The notes under the pieces: model-generated
What the model was told of the DNA's origin: nothing
The model's input: only the letters and a program-made list of their open reading frames with translations
Database searches by the model: none
Shown here: positions 37,561-53,124 of the stretch, in pieces
Layout of the letters: each line of letters begins with the position of its first letter
How positions within the stretch are numbered: the first letter of the stretch is position 1
Made by a program: the position numbers and the translations under genes
DNA from: Eledone cirrhosa
Lineage: Eukaryota
DNA: 64,000 nucleotides
Assembly (NCBI GenBank): GCA_964016885.1
Contig: OZ024757.1
Coordinates: forward strand, 13,888,001 to 13,952,000
Direction: 5' to 3'

Positions 37561-38855
37561 ATTAACAGCTACTATGAGCTATTAAGAGTTACTATGAGCT
37601 ATTAAGAGTTACTATGAGCTATTAAGAGTTACTATGAGCTATTAAGAGTTACTATGAGCTATTAAGAGTTACTATGAACTACTATGAGCTGTTAACAGCT
37701 ACTATGAGCTGTTAACAGCTACCATGAGCTGTTAACAGCTACCATGAGCTGTTAACAGCTACCATGAGCTGTTAACAGCTACCATGAGCTATTAACAGCT
37801 ACTATCAGCTATTAACAGCTACTATCAGCTATTAACAGCTACTATCAGCTATTAACAGCTACTATCAGCTATTAACAGCTACTATCAGCTATTAACAGCT
37901 ACTATCAGCTATTAACAGCTACTATCAGCTATTAACAGCTACTATCAGCTATTAACAGCTACTATCAGCTATTAACAGCTACTATCAGCTATTAACAGCT
38001 ACTATCAGCTATTAACAGCTACTATCAGCTATTAACAGCTACTATCAGCTATTAACAGCTACTATCAGCTATTAACAGCTACTATCAGCTATTAACAGCT
38101 ACTATCAGCTATTAACAGCTACTATCAGCTATTAACAGCTACTATCAGCTATTAACAGCTACTATCAGCTATTAACAGCTACTATCAGCTATTATCAGCT
38201 ACTATCAGCTATTAACAGCTACTATCAACTATTGACAGCTACTATCAACTATTATCAGCTACTATCAGCTATTAACAGCTACTATCAACTATTAACAGCT
38301 ACTATCAGCTATTAACAGCTACTATCAGCTATTAACAGCTACTATCAGCTATTATCAGCTACTATCAGCTATTAACAGCTACTATCAGCTATTAACAGCT
38401 ACTATCAGCTATTATCAGCTACTATCAGCTATTAACAGCTACTATCAACTATTGACAGCTACTATCAACTATTATCAGCTACTATCAGCTATTAACAGCT
38501 ACTATCAACTATTAACAGCTACTATCAGCTATTAACAGCTACTATCAGCTATTAACAGCTACTATCAGCTATTATCAGCTACTATCAGCTATTAACAGCT
38601 ACTATCAACTATTAACAGCTACTATCAACTATTAACAGCTACTATCAACTATTATCAGCTACTATCAACTATTATCAGCTACTATCAGCTATTAACAGCT
38701 ACTATCAACTATTAACAGCTACTATCAGCTATTAACAGCTACTATCAACTATTAACAGCTACTATCAGCTATTATCAGCTATTAACAGCTACTATCAGCT
38801 ATTAACAGCTACTATCAGCTATTAACAGCTACTATCAGCTATTAATAGCTATTAT
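37561..38855. repeat. 20-bp tandem repeat (actatcagctattaacagct), 10-bp sub-period
   Basis: Direct reading. Confidence 0.97.
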
Positions 38856-39051
38856 CTATTATTACTACTATTATTACTATTACTAAATTCCACTTTATTG
38901 TGGTGACATGATAAAATCTTTCCATCTCACCTGGTCAAGCATTAACTGCCTCAGTTTTTCACCAGATAGTTCTGTATCTTCCTCAATGTCTTGAAGTCTT
39001 CTGTTTTTGCATTTCACATTAGTGGGCTCCCATAGTAAAATTATTATTACT

Positions 39052-39860
39052 ATTAGCTATCGATAGCTGTTAGCTGTTTTAACAGCTATCAATAGCTATT
39101 AACTGTTTTAACAGCTATCAATAGCTATTAACTGTTTTAACAGCTATCAATAGCTATTAACTGTTTTAACAGCTATCAATAGCTATTAACTGTTTTAACA
39201 GCTATCAATAGCTATTAACTGTTTTAACAGCTATCAATAGCTATTAACTGTTTTAACAGCTATCAATAGCTATTAACTGTTATCAACAGCTATCAATAGC
39301 TGTTAACTGTTTTTAACAGTTACTAATAGCTATTAACTGTTTTTAACAGCTACCAATAGCTAACTGTTTTAACAGCTACCAATAGCTATTAACTGTTTTA
39401 ACAGCTACCAATAGCTATTAACTGTTTTTAACAGCTACCAATAGCTATTAACTGTTTTTAACAGCTATCGATAGCTGTTAACTGTTATCAACAGCTATCG
39501 ATAGCTGTTAACTGTTATCAACAGCTATCGATAGCTGTTAACTGTTATCAACAGCTATCGATAACTGTTAACTGTTATCAACAGCTATCAATAGCTGTTA
39601 ACTATCAACAGCTATCAATAGCTGTTAACTATCAACAGCTATCAATAGCTGTTAACTGTTTTAACAGCTATCAATAGCTGTTAACTGTTTTAACAGCTAT
39701 CAATAGCTGTTAACTGTTTTAACAGCTATCAATAGCTATTAACTGTTTTAACAGCTATCAATAGCTATTAACTGTTTTAACAGCTATCAATAGTTATTAA
39801 CTGTTTTAACAGCTATCAATAGCTATTAACTGTTACTATCAGCTATTAACTGTTATTATT
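39052..39860. repeat. ~29-bp quasi-palindromic tandem repeat (aacagctatcaatagctattaactgtttt)
   Basis: Direct reading. Confidence 0.95.
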
Positions 39861-39879
39861 ATCTGCTATTATCTACAGA

Positions 39880-40072
39880 GCGGTGGATTGGCAGTATCGG
39901 TAGAGTCGGAGACCATGCTTTGAAGCATAGAGTTACGTCCCTTTACGATCTGAGTTCAAATCGCCGAGGTTAACTTTGCCTTTCATCCTTACGGGGTCGA
40001 TAAAATAAAGTACCAGTAATGTACTGAGTAATTGCTGGCCTTGTGCCAAATGTAGAAACAATTATTATTATT
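39880..40072 (+). mobile_element. SINE family 2, full length
   Basis: A/B boxes, Meta-like core, (ATT)n tail. Confidence 0.9.
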
Positions 40073-40943
40073 ATCTACTATTAACTGTTACTGTTATTGA
40101 CTATAATTTAGCTATAATTAACTGCTATAAGATGTAGTTAACTGTTATTCCTTATAATTAACTGCTGTTAAGTATAAATTACAATTAGACACTGTAGTTA
40201 ACTACCATTGGCTATCATTAAGTCTGTCTCAAGCCCAGAGACTCATCAGGCCAGTTTTTCTCTCAGTTTCCATGGTGTTAAGCGACTCCCCCCTGGACAA
40301 GATGTTAGTCTATTACAGGGTTAAACTCCCATGATTTTTATGGATAGGTGCCCTTAACATCAACTACTTTGCAGAGTGTACTGGGTGCATTTTATCATGG
40401 TATTAGTACTATGGAAGTTGACATGACCTTGATATGACTGAAGCACTCTTTCTACCTTTTTGGCACGACTTTTATGACTGAGTACCCTCCTTAATGTCAA
40501 ACACTTTGCAGAGTGTACTGGGTGTATTTTATCATGACACTGGCACTAGGGAGGTTGTCATTCCTTCACCATTACTGAAGACTCTTCTACACTGTTGTTA
40601 CCATTCAAGTGCTTCTTTTTGGGAGGTCCTCTTACTCTGAGACAATAGTAGTAACCTTGTTCCAAGTGACTGTGGGAAAAGAGAGAGAGAGGGGTGGGTG
40701 GGGTGGGATAAGATTATGGCAGTGGTGGTGGTGATGGTGGTGGTGGCAGGGAAGACAGCTACATCATACTGGTTACTGGAAGGATGATGGTGTGTAGATA
40801 AAGAGTTGAAGCACAACAAGGGAGGGAAGCGAAGTGTGCCTGAGCTATATGGATGGGAACAGAGGTATATATTTGTATGCCTATAGTGAGAGTGTATGTG
40901 TGTGTATATATATATATATATACACATATATATACATACACAC

Positions 40944-40974
<31 letters not shown>

Positions 40975-40978
<4 letters not shown>

Positions 40979-41157
40979 CTACTTTTGGCACAAGGCCACC
41001 AAATACCCAGTACATTACTGGTACTTTATTTTATCTCCCCTGTAAGTATGAAAGGCAAAGTTGACCTTGGCGGGATTTGAATTCAGAACGTAAAGGGCCA
41101 TAACTCTATACTGCAAAGCATGGCGTCCGACCATCTAGCGATATTGCCAATCCACCA
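40975..41157 (-). mobile_element. SINE family 2
   Basis: Reverse-complement match to the consensus. Confidence 0.85.
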
Positions 41158-41326
41158 ATGTTATGATGTAATATACATGTGGGGCATTGACTTATTCAAA
41201 TGGGCCGCAGACTTATTCAAATTTGTATATGTATGATATATAACCTACATGTGGGCCTCAGATATTTTAACATGTATGATATGGTATAATATACATGTGG
41301 GCCATTGAAGTGTTCTCTGTTGACCT

Positions 41327-42097
41327 CAGACATTTTGACATTTTTATATGTATGATATGGTATAATATACATGTGGGCTTTTGAGGTGTTCTGTTGATCC
41401 CAGACATTTTGACATTTTTATATGTATGATATGGTATAATATACATGTGGGCTTTTGAGGTGTTCTGTTGATCCCAGACATTTTGACATTTTTATATGTA
41501 TGATATGGTATAATATACATGTGGGCTTTTGAGGTGTTCTGTTGATCCCAGACATTTTGACATTTTTATATGTATGATATGGTATAATATACATGTGGGC
41601 TTTTGAGGTGTTCTGTTGATCCCAGACATTTTGACATTTTTATATGTATGATATGGTATAATATACATGTGGGCTTTTGAGGTGTTCTGTTGATCCCAGA
41701 CATTTTGACATTTTTATATGTATGATATGGTATAATATACATGTGGGCTTTTGGGGTGTTCTGTTGATCCCAGACATTTTGACATTTTTATATGTATGAT
41801 ATGGTATAATATACATGTGGGCTTTTGAGGTGTTCTGTTGATCCCAGACATTTTGACATTTTTATATGTATGATATGGTATAATATACATGTGGGCTTTT
41901 GAGGTGTTCTGTTGATCCCAGACATTTTGACATTTTTATATGTATGATATGGTATAATATACATGTGGGCTTTTGGGGTGTTCTGTTGATCCCAGACATT
42001 TTGACATTTTTATATGTATGATATGGTATAATATACATGTGGGCTTTTGGGGTGTTCTGTTGATCCCAGACATTTTGACATTTTTATATGTATGATA
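41327..42097. repeat. 74-bp tandem repeat (~10 copies)
   Basis: cagacattttgac recurs at 41401, 41475, 41549... Confidence 0.95.
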
Positions 42098-42099
42098 TA

Positions 42100-42168
<69 letters not shown>

Positions 42169-42982
42169 CGTGATTTTGATGTCACTTATTTTGAGAACAA
42201 TACCTTAATATAGGTATGAGCAGCCAAAAGTTTTCAAACTTTTTATATGTATGATATATAATCTACATGTGGGCCTCAGACATTCTAACATTTTTATATG
42301 TAAGACCTGATTTAAAATACATGTCAGCTTCAGATCGTTCAAATTTATATAAGTAAGATATATAATATGCATGTGGGATATTGAGGTTGTCGTTGGTAGT
42401 GTTTGCATTGCTGTCATTGTTATTTTTTATTTTATTATTATTATTATTATTATTGTTGTTGTTGTTGATGTATTGGTGTATTGGTGTGGTGGGTGTTTTT
42501 TTTTTGTTTTGTTTATTTTTTGTTTGCACTGTCAAAAAAAAAATTTTTTTTAAGAACTATCAAATTTTTTTTTTTCCCACTTTGCATTGACAAAAATAAA
42601 AATAAAATAAAAATAAAAATAATAATAAAAATAACGATAACAACAAAAATAATAATAATAATAATAGTAATAATAATAGTAATAATGACGTGCTGATGTT
42701 TGTGTCGATCACTGCATTTCTAAAACCTGCTGGGACCGGCTTTTTTTTTTTTTTCTTCTATTCTTTTCTAACACAGTCTCTTGTGGAACCATGAAGCGTA
42801 GCTGAGAAAGATCTTGCCCTCATTTTCCCACGATCTCTTCTTCTTCTTCTAGTCACTTTTTGTGTAATATTTTTCCAGAAAAAAAATATTTCAAGGAAAG
42901 AGAGAGAGAGAATGAGCAAGACGAAGAAACGATATCTAACCCCTTTATATATAAATGTGTTTGGGGGTGGGTGGGTATGGGT

Positions 42983-44278
<1,296 letters not shown>

Positions 44279-44731
44279 AATGTCACTGGACCGAGACCTT
44301 TGGCGGTACTCAGTAACAGAGAAGACCCGCCTTACCTAAATATATAGTAAAACCTACTCCAGCCAGTAGGCATCTCTAACAAATACACCCCGTCCCACCA
44401 CCCCCACCCGATCCACACCACCCCGTTCTATGTAAAGTTATGTTGGTGCCGCGCCATCGAGGCCGAAACAAATGAGATCGTGTAGGTGTCACGACAAAAA
44501 AACACACAGTCCACGCTGTAATGTGGCCGTGTAGGCAACACGGTAAAAACCTCCCAGACCCACACTGTAAATGTGGTTGGTGTTAGGAAGGGCATCCAAC
44601 TGTAAAAAACCTGCCAGACAGTCCTATGCGAGCAAGACAATCACTCTTGCCTCAAGTGGGACTACCCCCGTCCAAACCCATGCAAGCGTGGAACACGGAC
44701 GTTAAACGCTGATGATGATGATGATGATGAT
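44279..44731 (+). mobile_element. 5'-truncated RTE family B (last codons plus 3' UTR)
   Basis: [19 protein letters not shown] then the same UTR as 9790-10181. Confidence 0.93.
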
Positions 44732-45415
<684 letters not shown>

Positions 45416-45561
45416 CAGTGTTTTATGTTTATATTCATTTTGAAATACAATCTGATACTTTATTTATCTTAGACAACTGCCTCCTCCTCCTTCTTTTAAA
45501 ACTATTTTATTTTCTTGTACTTCAACTTTAGAGAAATTCCACTTTACGATCATTTACCGAA

Positions 45562-46510
45562 ATAATTGTTTCTACTTTTGGCACAAGGCCAGCAATTACC
45601 TCAGTACATTACTGGTACTTTATTTTATCGACCCCCGTAAGGATGAAAGCCAAAGTTAACCTCGTCTGGATTTGAACTCAGACCATAAAGGGTCGTAACT
45701 CTTTGACGCACCAAAATAATAATGTTTTTTTTTTTAATATAGACACAAGGGAAAGTCGATTAAATCGACCCCAGTGCATTGCTGGTACCTTATTTTATCA
45801 ACCCCATAAGGTTGAAAGGCAAAGCTAACTTCGGCAGGATTTGAAGTCGGAACATAAAGGGCCATCACTCTCTGCTGTAAAGCAAGGTGTCCGACACAAT
45901 ACAGATACTGCCAAATAATAATGGTTTCTAATTTAGGCACAAGGCCAATCATTTTAGGGCAAAGGGGCAAGTTGATTAAATCTACCCCACTGTATTACTG
46001 GTACTTTATTTTATTGACCCTGGAAGGATGAAAAGCAAAGCTAACCTTGGCAGGATTTGATCTCAGAACGTAAAGGGCCATAACTCAATGCTTTGAAGCA
46101 TTTTGTCCAATGCTCTACAGATACTGCTATTCCACCACCCTAATAATAATAATTGTTTCTACTTTTGGCACAAGGCCAGCAATTATCTCAGTGTATTACT
46201 GGTACTTTATTTTATCGACCCCCGTAAGGATGAAAGGCAAAGTTAACCTCAGCGGGATTAATGATTTCTAATATAGGTACAAGGCCAGTAATTTGGAGGG
46301 AGTGGAAAGTCGATTAAATCGGCCCCATTACGTTACTGGTGCTTTATTTTATCATCGACCCCGCAAGGCAAAGTTAACCTCGGCGGGATTTGAACACAGA
46401 CCGTAAAGGGCCGTAACTCTGTGCTGCAAAGCATGGTGTCCGACTCTCTACCGATACTACTAATCCACCACCCTAATAATAATAATAATTGTTTCTGATT
46501 TAGGCACAAG
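45562..46510 (-). mobile_element. Head-to-tail chain of 5-6 SINE family 2 copies
   Basis: Five occurrences of ctggt(a/g)c(t/c)ttatttta, mostly separated by aataat tails. Confidence 0.88.
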
Positions 46511-46604
46511 TCCTATAGTTATAATAATAATAATAATATAGTTATAATAAATATAATAATAATAATAATAAACGGTAGACATTTGTGGAGGCCTTTTTTA
46601 AATG

Positions 46605-46794
46605 ATATACTGTTGTATTTTCATGGCAAACACTTTATCTCACATAATTATCTCACATAATATCGGATCTATGAGAATTTGATATTATTTATTTTAAGAA
46701 CAATACATTAACACTAGTATGAGTAGCTAGTTGTGGCCGGTTTGAACAGAAAGAGGTGAGAGAATTCTGGCCGGTTTAAATGCTAAAGGTTTAA
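46605..46794. mobile_element. piggyBac-type MITE (degenerate)
   Basis: Internal match ggtgagagaattctggccggtttaaatgctaaagg. Confidence 0.75.
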
Positions 46795-47088
46795 ATGTGG
46801 TGGGTTCATAGAAATAGTTGAATGCTTCTTTGTTTTATAAAGAAACTTAAGATTATTTGACATCCTATAGCAGTTTATATATATATATATATAAAATGTA
46901 CACACACATATATATATATACACATATATGTAACACATATATGCATATATATGTAATGTATATACATATAAATACACACACACACACATATTATTCACAC
47001 ACACTTCCTCCTTAACTGATTGTCAGACTGGACCAAGGAAACTATGTCTCCATCAGCCTTTCAATTGCTGATGTTACCGGTTGCATCT

Positions 47089-47116
<28 letters not shown>

Positions 47117-47125
<9 letters not shown>

Positions 47126-47489
47126 TAAAAAAATAATGAATAAAACAATGAAACAGTTCCTTATATTAAACAAAAAAAGTTCATTATTTAACGATCGTTT
47201 CTAGGACATATATGTGTTAGAATTGGCATGCATATTCAACAGATCTATGTACAAAATTATACAAAATTATACAAACTATCAAATAGAATATACATACCAA
47301 CACATACATATGCCGTCTTCAGATTGATAGTTTGTATAATTTTGTATAATTTTGTACATAGATCTGTTGAATATGCATGCCAATTCTAACACATATATGT
47401 CCTAGAAACGATCGTTAAATAATGAACTTTTTTTGTTTAATATAAGGAACTGTTTCATTGTTTTATTCATTATTTTTTTAATATTTTAT
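47117..47489. mobile_element. Fold-back element, ~166-bp near-perfect arms, with a minus-strand hammerhead-like core
   Basis: Arms 47117-47282 / 47324-47489; minus strand CTGAAGA...GAAACGATCGTT. Confidence 0.8.
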
Positions 47490-47618
47490 CTTGACTCTGT
47501 ATTCCGTTTATCTTTCACCGAAAGTGATTTTTGAATGCATCTCTTCTTTCCATGATATCCGGATTACATTGAGTTCTTCATACGGATTGGACACTACCGT
47601 AAACTTTTGGTAGATTTA

Positions 47619-47666
<48 letters not shown>

Positions 47667-47885
47667 TGAAATGCGAGTGTATTAGAATTCTTAGGAAAAT
47701 GGGAAGATATGGCGTAAGGAAGCTATTAAAACAGCAAAATGCCGTAAAAGCAGCATTGGGTAAAATATTACTTCAAAGGAGAGAAATCAGTGGCTAGAAG
47801 TGAGTAGATTCCCAAGTTGTTGGGAATGAAGGGTAACCACAGATAAAAAAGGTACTCAATACATTGGTAGAATATAGGCTATTTT

Positions 47886-47942
<57 letters not shown>

Positions 47943-47947
<5 letters not shown>

Positions 47948-48215
47948 CAGAACACACTCACTGTTTGGTTGGTTTTCGCTTCTGTATCTTTTATATCAGT
48001 TAATTTATTCGGTCCTCAATGTTTACCATTGACTGACCAACGGTCAAAAATACAGATATAATATAGACACAAAGAGTCAATGGTAAACATTGAGGACCGA
48101 ATAAATTAACTGATATAAAAAATACAGAAGCGAAAACCAACCAAACAGTGAGTGTGTTCTGTTATTAATTCTGGCAATATTATTACAATATGACCCTCCC
48201 CAAGTATAACAATAT
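47943..48215. mobile_element. Fold-back element of the same family as 57770-58273
   Basis: Arms ~47943-48033 / 48075-48164, followed by atgaccctccccaagtataacaat. Confidence 0.8.
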
Positions 48216-48529
48216 ATATATATATATTTATATTGTGTGTGTGTGACATCTACAATACTAGAATATGAATCCATCACAATATTCCTAATGATTTCATATG
48301 AATGAAACAGTTCTAGTCCTGTAGAAGTCACTTTTTTATAAAAAGATATAGGGACTGTCACGAATCGAGAGATGCTGTGCTGAAGAGAACCTGTCCCACT
48401 CTTGCAAGCCGGGAAAAGCAGATGTCAAATGATGATGATGATGATGATGATATATATATATATATATTTTCTCCTCTTCAAATTGCTGGCATTGTGCCAA
48501 AAGTAGAAACAATTATTTTTTTAATCCTA

Positions 48530-48755
48530 GAGGGAAGTGACAGAATCATTTGAGGGTCAAAGGAAATACTTTAAAGTACTTTTTCCAGCTCTGTGGATTC
48601 TGAGTTCAAATCCCACCAAGGTCAACTTTGCCTTTCATCCTTCAGGGGAGAGGGGTTGATAAAATAAAGTACCGACCAAAAACTGGGGCCATTATAAATC
48701 AACTTTTACCACTCCACCAATCAAATTGCTGGCCTTGTGCCTAAATTAGAAACCT
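48530..48755 (+). mobile_element. Older SINE family 2 copy
   Basis: tgagttcaaatccc...aactttgcctttcatccttc...aattgctggccttgtgcc. Confidence 0.75.
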
Positions 48756-49184
48756 AATTCTCATATCCACCAAACAATTAGTGGTTAGAGGTTTGGGTTT
48801 CAGGGATTATTGTTTGTGAGATTAGAAAATATTTTTGAAAAACACAAAAAGTTATTTTAGCCGAATTCACAGAAAAATTTCTCACAGGAGTCACAATGAG
48901 GCATCTGGTCATGCTGGTGACTCCACAGAATCTATTGTAGGACTAGATTTCTTGTTTCTTTCTTTAGTTTTTCTCATTTGGAAATTTGAAATGTGAGAGT
49001 GGGAGTCCCAAATGTAAAAAGTAACTGTAACAACAGTCTATCGCTATAGATAATAGTTGAGAAAATAAGGTAAATTACACTTAGAGATGGAAAAAGCGAC
49101 AGTTAATTACTGAGGCTTGATATAAACAACTTTCTCCTTCCCCTCCCCACAAATTGCTGGCCTTGTGCTAGTGTTAGAAAGAAT

Positions 49185-50512
49185 TACCGGATATTTATAT
49201 AAGCCGAGGAATATGTGACCCCCAAAAAATCGATGGTAGAGGTGGGGGCGAGATGAGGGGGTTTGGTTTATATCCGGGTTAATATTTTGACAATTTTCAC
49301 CGACTTCAAATTCTACCTACCCTCAGGTCTTGAAGAATTTGTCCCCCCCTTCCCTCCTACTTATATATTTTTCAGATTTTTTTCCTACTCCCCCACCCTT
49401 ATTAAATTTTGTTAATCTATCTCCGGTGAAATTATATTGTTAGTGATACATATTGATACAGCAGCTGGAGAATCTAATAATAATTTTATTTTTACATAAA
49501 ATATTTTTTACATTATATATAACAAAAAAGGACATTACAAGAAATCTCATATTTGCAAACCACACACTATACAATTACAGACCCCCCACCCCCTGCTTAT
49601 AAGAATTTAAGAAAATGTCCACCCCCACTCCCATTATTTTGGACCCAAGAGTAAGGAAGATTTAGATTTTTGCTCATTTCTCAGACAGAAAATAGCGGGG
49701 TCTGCTTATATTCAAGTATATTTGGTATAAAGGTTTAGCTTTTTGCCCATTTCTCAGACATAAAATAGCAGGGATGGCTTATATTTGTATGAGCTTATAT
49801 TCAAATATATACGGTATATATGTTTAGGTTTTTACCCATTTGTCAGACATATAATAGTGGGATTGGCTTATATTCAAGTATATATGGTATAAAGGTTTAG
49901 TTTTTTGCCCATTTCTCAGACATAAAATATGGGGTTGGTTTATATTCTTGATGGCATATATTCGAGTTGCTGTAGTGGAGTCTGTGCTGTTGTACAGGTC
50001 TGAGACTTGGACACTGACCAAGAAACTCACTCAGATGGTGGATGGGTGCTACACGAGAATGCTGAGGATGGCTCTGAACATTAATCAGTATACACTGAGG
50101 ATGAAGAACTCAGAGCTGTATGGGAGCCTCCCAAAAGTCAGCTCGAAAGTGACACAGAGGAGACTGAGGTTAGCTGGACATGCTCACCGATATCCAGAGT
50201 TAACATTGCACTCAGTGCTCCTGTGGGAGCCCCTGCATGAACACACTGGAAGAGGAAGACCGAGGTTAACGTATGTTGATGCCCTAAGGACAGACACTGG
50301 TCTCTTGGAGACCCAGGACATGGCAGCGATAATGAAGGACTGAGGCCGCTGGAAAGAACTCGTCCATGAATCTCAGGAATTTTACCTGCCCTAGATAGAT
50401 ATATTCGAGTATATACAGTATATATATGTTTAGATTTTTACCCATTTCTCAGACATAAAATAGCAGGGATGGTTTGTATTTGTATGAGCTTATATTCGAG
50501 TATATACGGTAT
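49185..50512. mobile_element. Degenerate Tc1/mariner-type MITE whose right end is tandemly reiterated (~85-bp units)
   Basis: Left end taccggatat..tataagccgag; repeated right ends gcttatattc(g/a)agtatatacggta. Confidence 0.45.
49968..50400 (+). mobile_element. 5'-truncated RTE-clade LINE (third family) with a 12-bp TSD
   Basis: SVLLYRSETWTL...RRLRLAGH...GRGRPRLTYVD; atatattcgagt at 49956-49967 and 50399-50410; (TAGA) tail. Confidence 0.88.
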
Positions 50513-50554
50513 AAATATTTGTTGTTATATCTCTTGTTATTGTTGTCATTGCAG

Positions 50555-50677
50555 GTTTCCGAGGTAGCCGATGTGAAAGTAATGTTGATGACTGTGTCAA
50601 ACATAAGTGTGCAAATGGATCCACCTGTCTTGATGGCACCAACAATTACACATGTAGCTGTCCACCAACATTTAAAG
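50555..50677 (+). CDS. Notch: Notch receptor internal exon (end of EGF6 plus EGF7), phase 1-1, 123 bp
   Basis: ttgcag| ... |gtaatg; (G)FRGSRCESNVDDCVKHKCANGSTCLDGTNNYTCSCPPTFK(G); splices in frame to the next exon. Confidence 0.92.
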
Positions 50678-50769
50678 GTAATGTCTACACCACCATCATC
50701 TTTTTTTTTTTATCACCTTACAGCTTTCTTTTGTCTATTGTCTTATACTGTAGCTCTGGCTGAAACCAC

Positions 50770-51705
50770 TGTGAGTGTCTGTGTGTAGTTATGACTCTGT
50801 GTGAGTGTCTGTGTGTAGCTATGACTCTGTGTGAGTGTCTGTGTGTAGCTATGATTTTGTGTGAGTGTCTGTGTGTAGCTATGATTTTGTGCGTGTGGCT
50901 GTGTAGTTATGATTTTGTGTGTGTGTCTGTGTGTAGTTATGATTTTGTGTGTGTCTGTGTGTAGTTATGACTGTGTGTGTGTCTGTGTGTAGTTATGACT
51001 GTGTGTGTGTCTGTGTGTAGTTATGACTGTGTGTGTGTCTGTGTGTAGTTATGACTGTGTGTGTGTCTGTGTGTAGTTATGACTGTGTGTGTGTCTGTGT
51101 AGTTATGACTGTGTGTGTGTCTGTGTGTAGTTATGACTGTGTGTGTGTCTGTGTGTAGCTATGACTTTGTGTGTGTGTCTGTGTGTAGCTATGACTTTGT
51201 CTGTGTGTAGCTATGACTTTGCGTGTCTGTGTGTAGCTATGACTTTGCGTGTCTGTGTGTAGCTATGACTTTGCGTGTCTGTGTGTAGCTATGACTTTGT
51301 GTGTGTCTGTGTGTAGCTATGACTTTGTGTGTGTGTCTGTGTGTAGCTATGACTTTGTGTGTGTGTCTGTGTGTAGCTATGACTTTGTGTCTGTGTGTAG
51401 CTATGATTTTGTGTGTGTGTCTGCGTGTAGTTATGACTCTGTGTGTCTGCGTGTAGCTATGACTTTGTGTGTGTGTCTGTGTGTAGCTATGACTTTGTGT
51501 GTGTGTCTGTGTGTAGCTATGACTTTGTGTGTGTGTCTGTGTGTAGCTATGACTTTGTGTCTGTGTGTAGCTATGACTTTGTGTCTGTGTGTAGCTATGA
51601 TTTTGTGTGTGTGTCTGCGTGTAGTTATGACTCTGTGTGTGTGTGTCTGCATGTAGCTATGACTTTGTGTGTGTGTCTGTGTAGCTATGACTCTGTGTAG
51701 CTATA
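50770..51705. repeat. TG-rich VNTR (gtctgtgtgtagctatgactttgtgt variants)
   Basis: Direct reading. Confidence 0.95.
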
Positions 51706-51723
51706 ACTAAATTCCAAGTGTAT

Positions 51724-52048
51724 ATGGCTTAGTGGTTAGAGCATTGACCTTGCAATCGAAAGGTTGTGAGTTCAATTCTCAGACCGGGTGATGTGTTGTT
51801 TCCTTGAGCAAGACACTTTATTTCACATTGCTCCAGTTTACTCAGCTGTAGAAATGAGATGATAGGGACTGGGGTCCCTATCATTCCACTGCAAAGTGGT
51901 TGTGGAGGTACCACGGCAAAAACCACCCAGCACTCACTGTAAATGAGGTTGGTGTTAGGAAGGGCATCCAGCTGTAGAAATCAAGCCAAAATCAGTTCCC
52001 GTCCCACCCTTGCAAGCAGGGAAAAAGCGGACGTAAAATGATGATGAT
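51724..52048 (+). mobile_element. SINE family 1, full length
   Basis: A/B boxes, CORE-like body, RTE tail. Confidence 0.92.
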
Positions 52049-52077
52049 ATATGTTAAGAACTCCCTGTGTGTGTGTG

Positions 52078-52790
52078 GCTACACCACCTACATATTTAGC
52101 TACATACATATATATAGCTATAATCATATATAGCTACACCACCTACATATATATACATATATATAGCTACACCACCTACATATATATACATATATATAGC
52201 TACACCACCTACATATATATATACATACATATAGCTACACACACCATCTACATATATATATATATAGCATCACCCACCACCGACATATATATATAGCTAT
52301 ATACACCATCTACATATATATAGCTATATACACCACCTACATATATATAGCTATATACACCATCTATCCTATATATAGCTATATACACCACCTACATATA
52401 TATAGCTATATACACCACCTACATATATATAGCTATATACACCACCTACATATATATAGCTATATACACCACCTACATATATATAGCTATATACACCACC
52501 TACATATATATATAGCTATATACACCACCTACATATATATATAGCTATATACACCACCTACATATATATAGCTATATACACCACCTACATATATATAGCT
52601 ATATACACCACCTACATATATATAGCTATATACACCACCTACATATATATAGCTATATACACCACCTACATATATATATAGCTATATACACCACCTACAT
52701 ATATATAGCTATATACACCACCTACATATATATATAGCTATATACACCACCTACATATATATAGCTATATACACCATCTATCCTATATAT
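52078..52790. repeat. ~30-bp VNTR (tatatagctatatacaccacctaca)
   Basis: Direct reading. Confidence 0.95.
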
Positions 52791-53124
52791 AATGATCTGA
52801 CTACCTACATAGTCACTTCACATGCAGAAAACGCTCGTCAACCAGAGTTGCTTCCCTTGAACTTCTAACAATTTCGTTTGTCAGTTCCACAGTGTTGTTG
52901 TTGAACCAATGGTTTATAATACATTTATAAATACAAATGTATTTATACACACTCACTCACACACTTACACACGCACACACACACTTACATACACTCACTC
53001 TCACACACTCACACATACACACTCACACTTACACACACACACTCACACTTACACACTCACATTCACACTCACACTTACACACACCTATTTATTGTTAGTA
53101 CAGATTAAATAAATATTTGCAAGA

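Noticed and set aside
50474-50788. ORF-track proteins overlapping the Notch exons (also 54456-55110)
   Set aside because: Off-frame or antisense readings of the real EGF exons.
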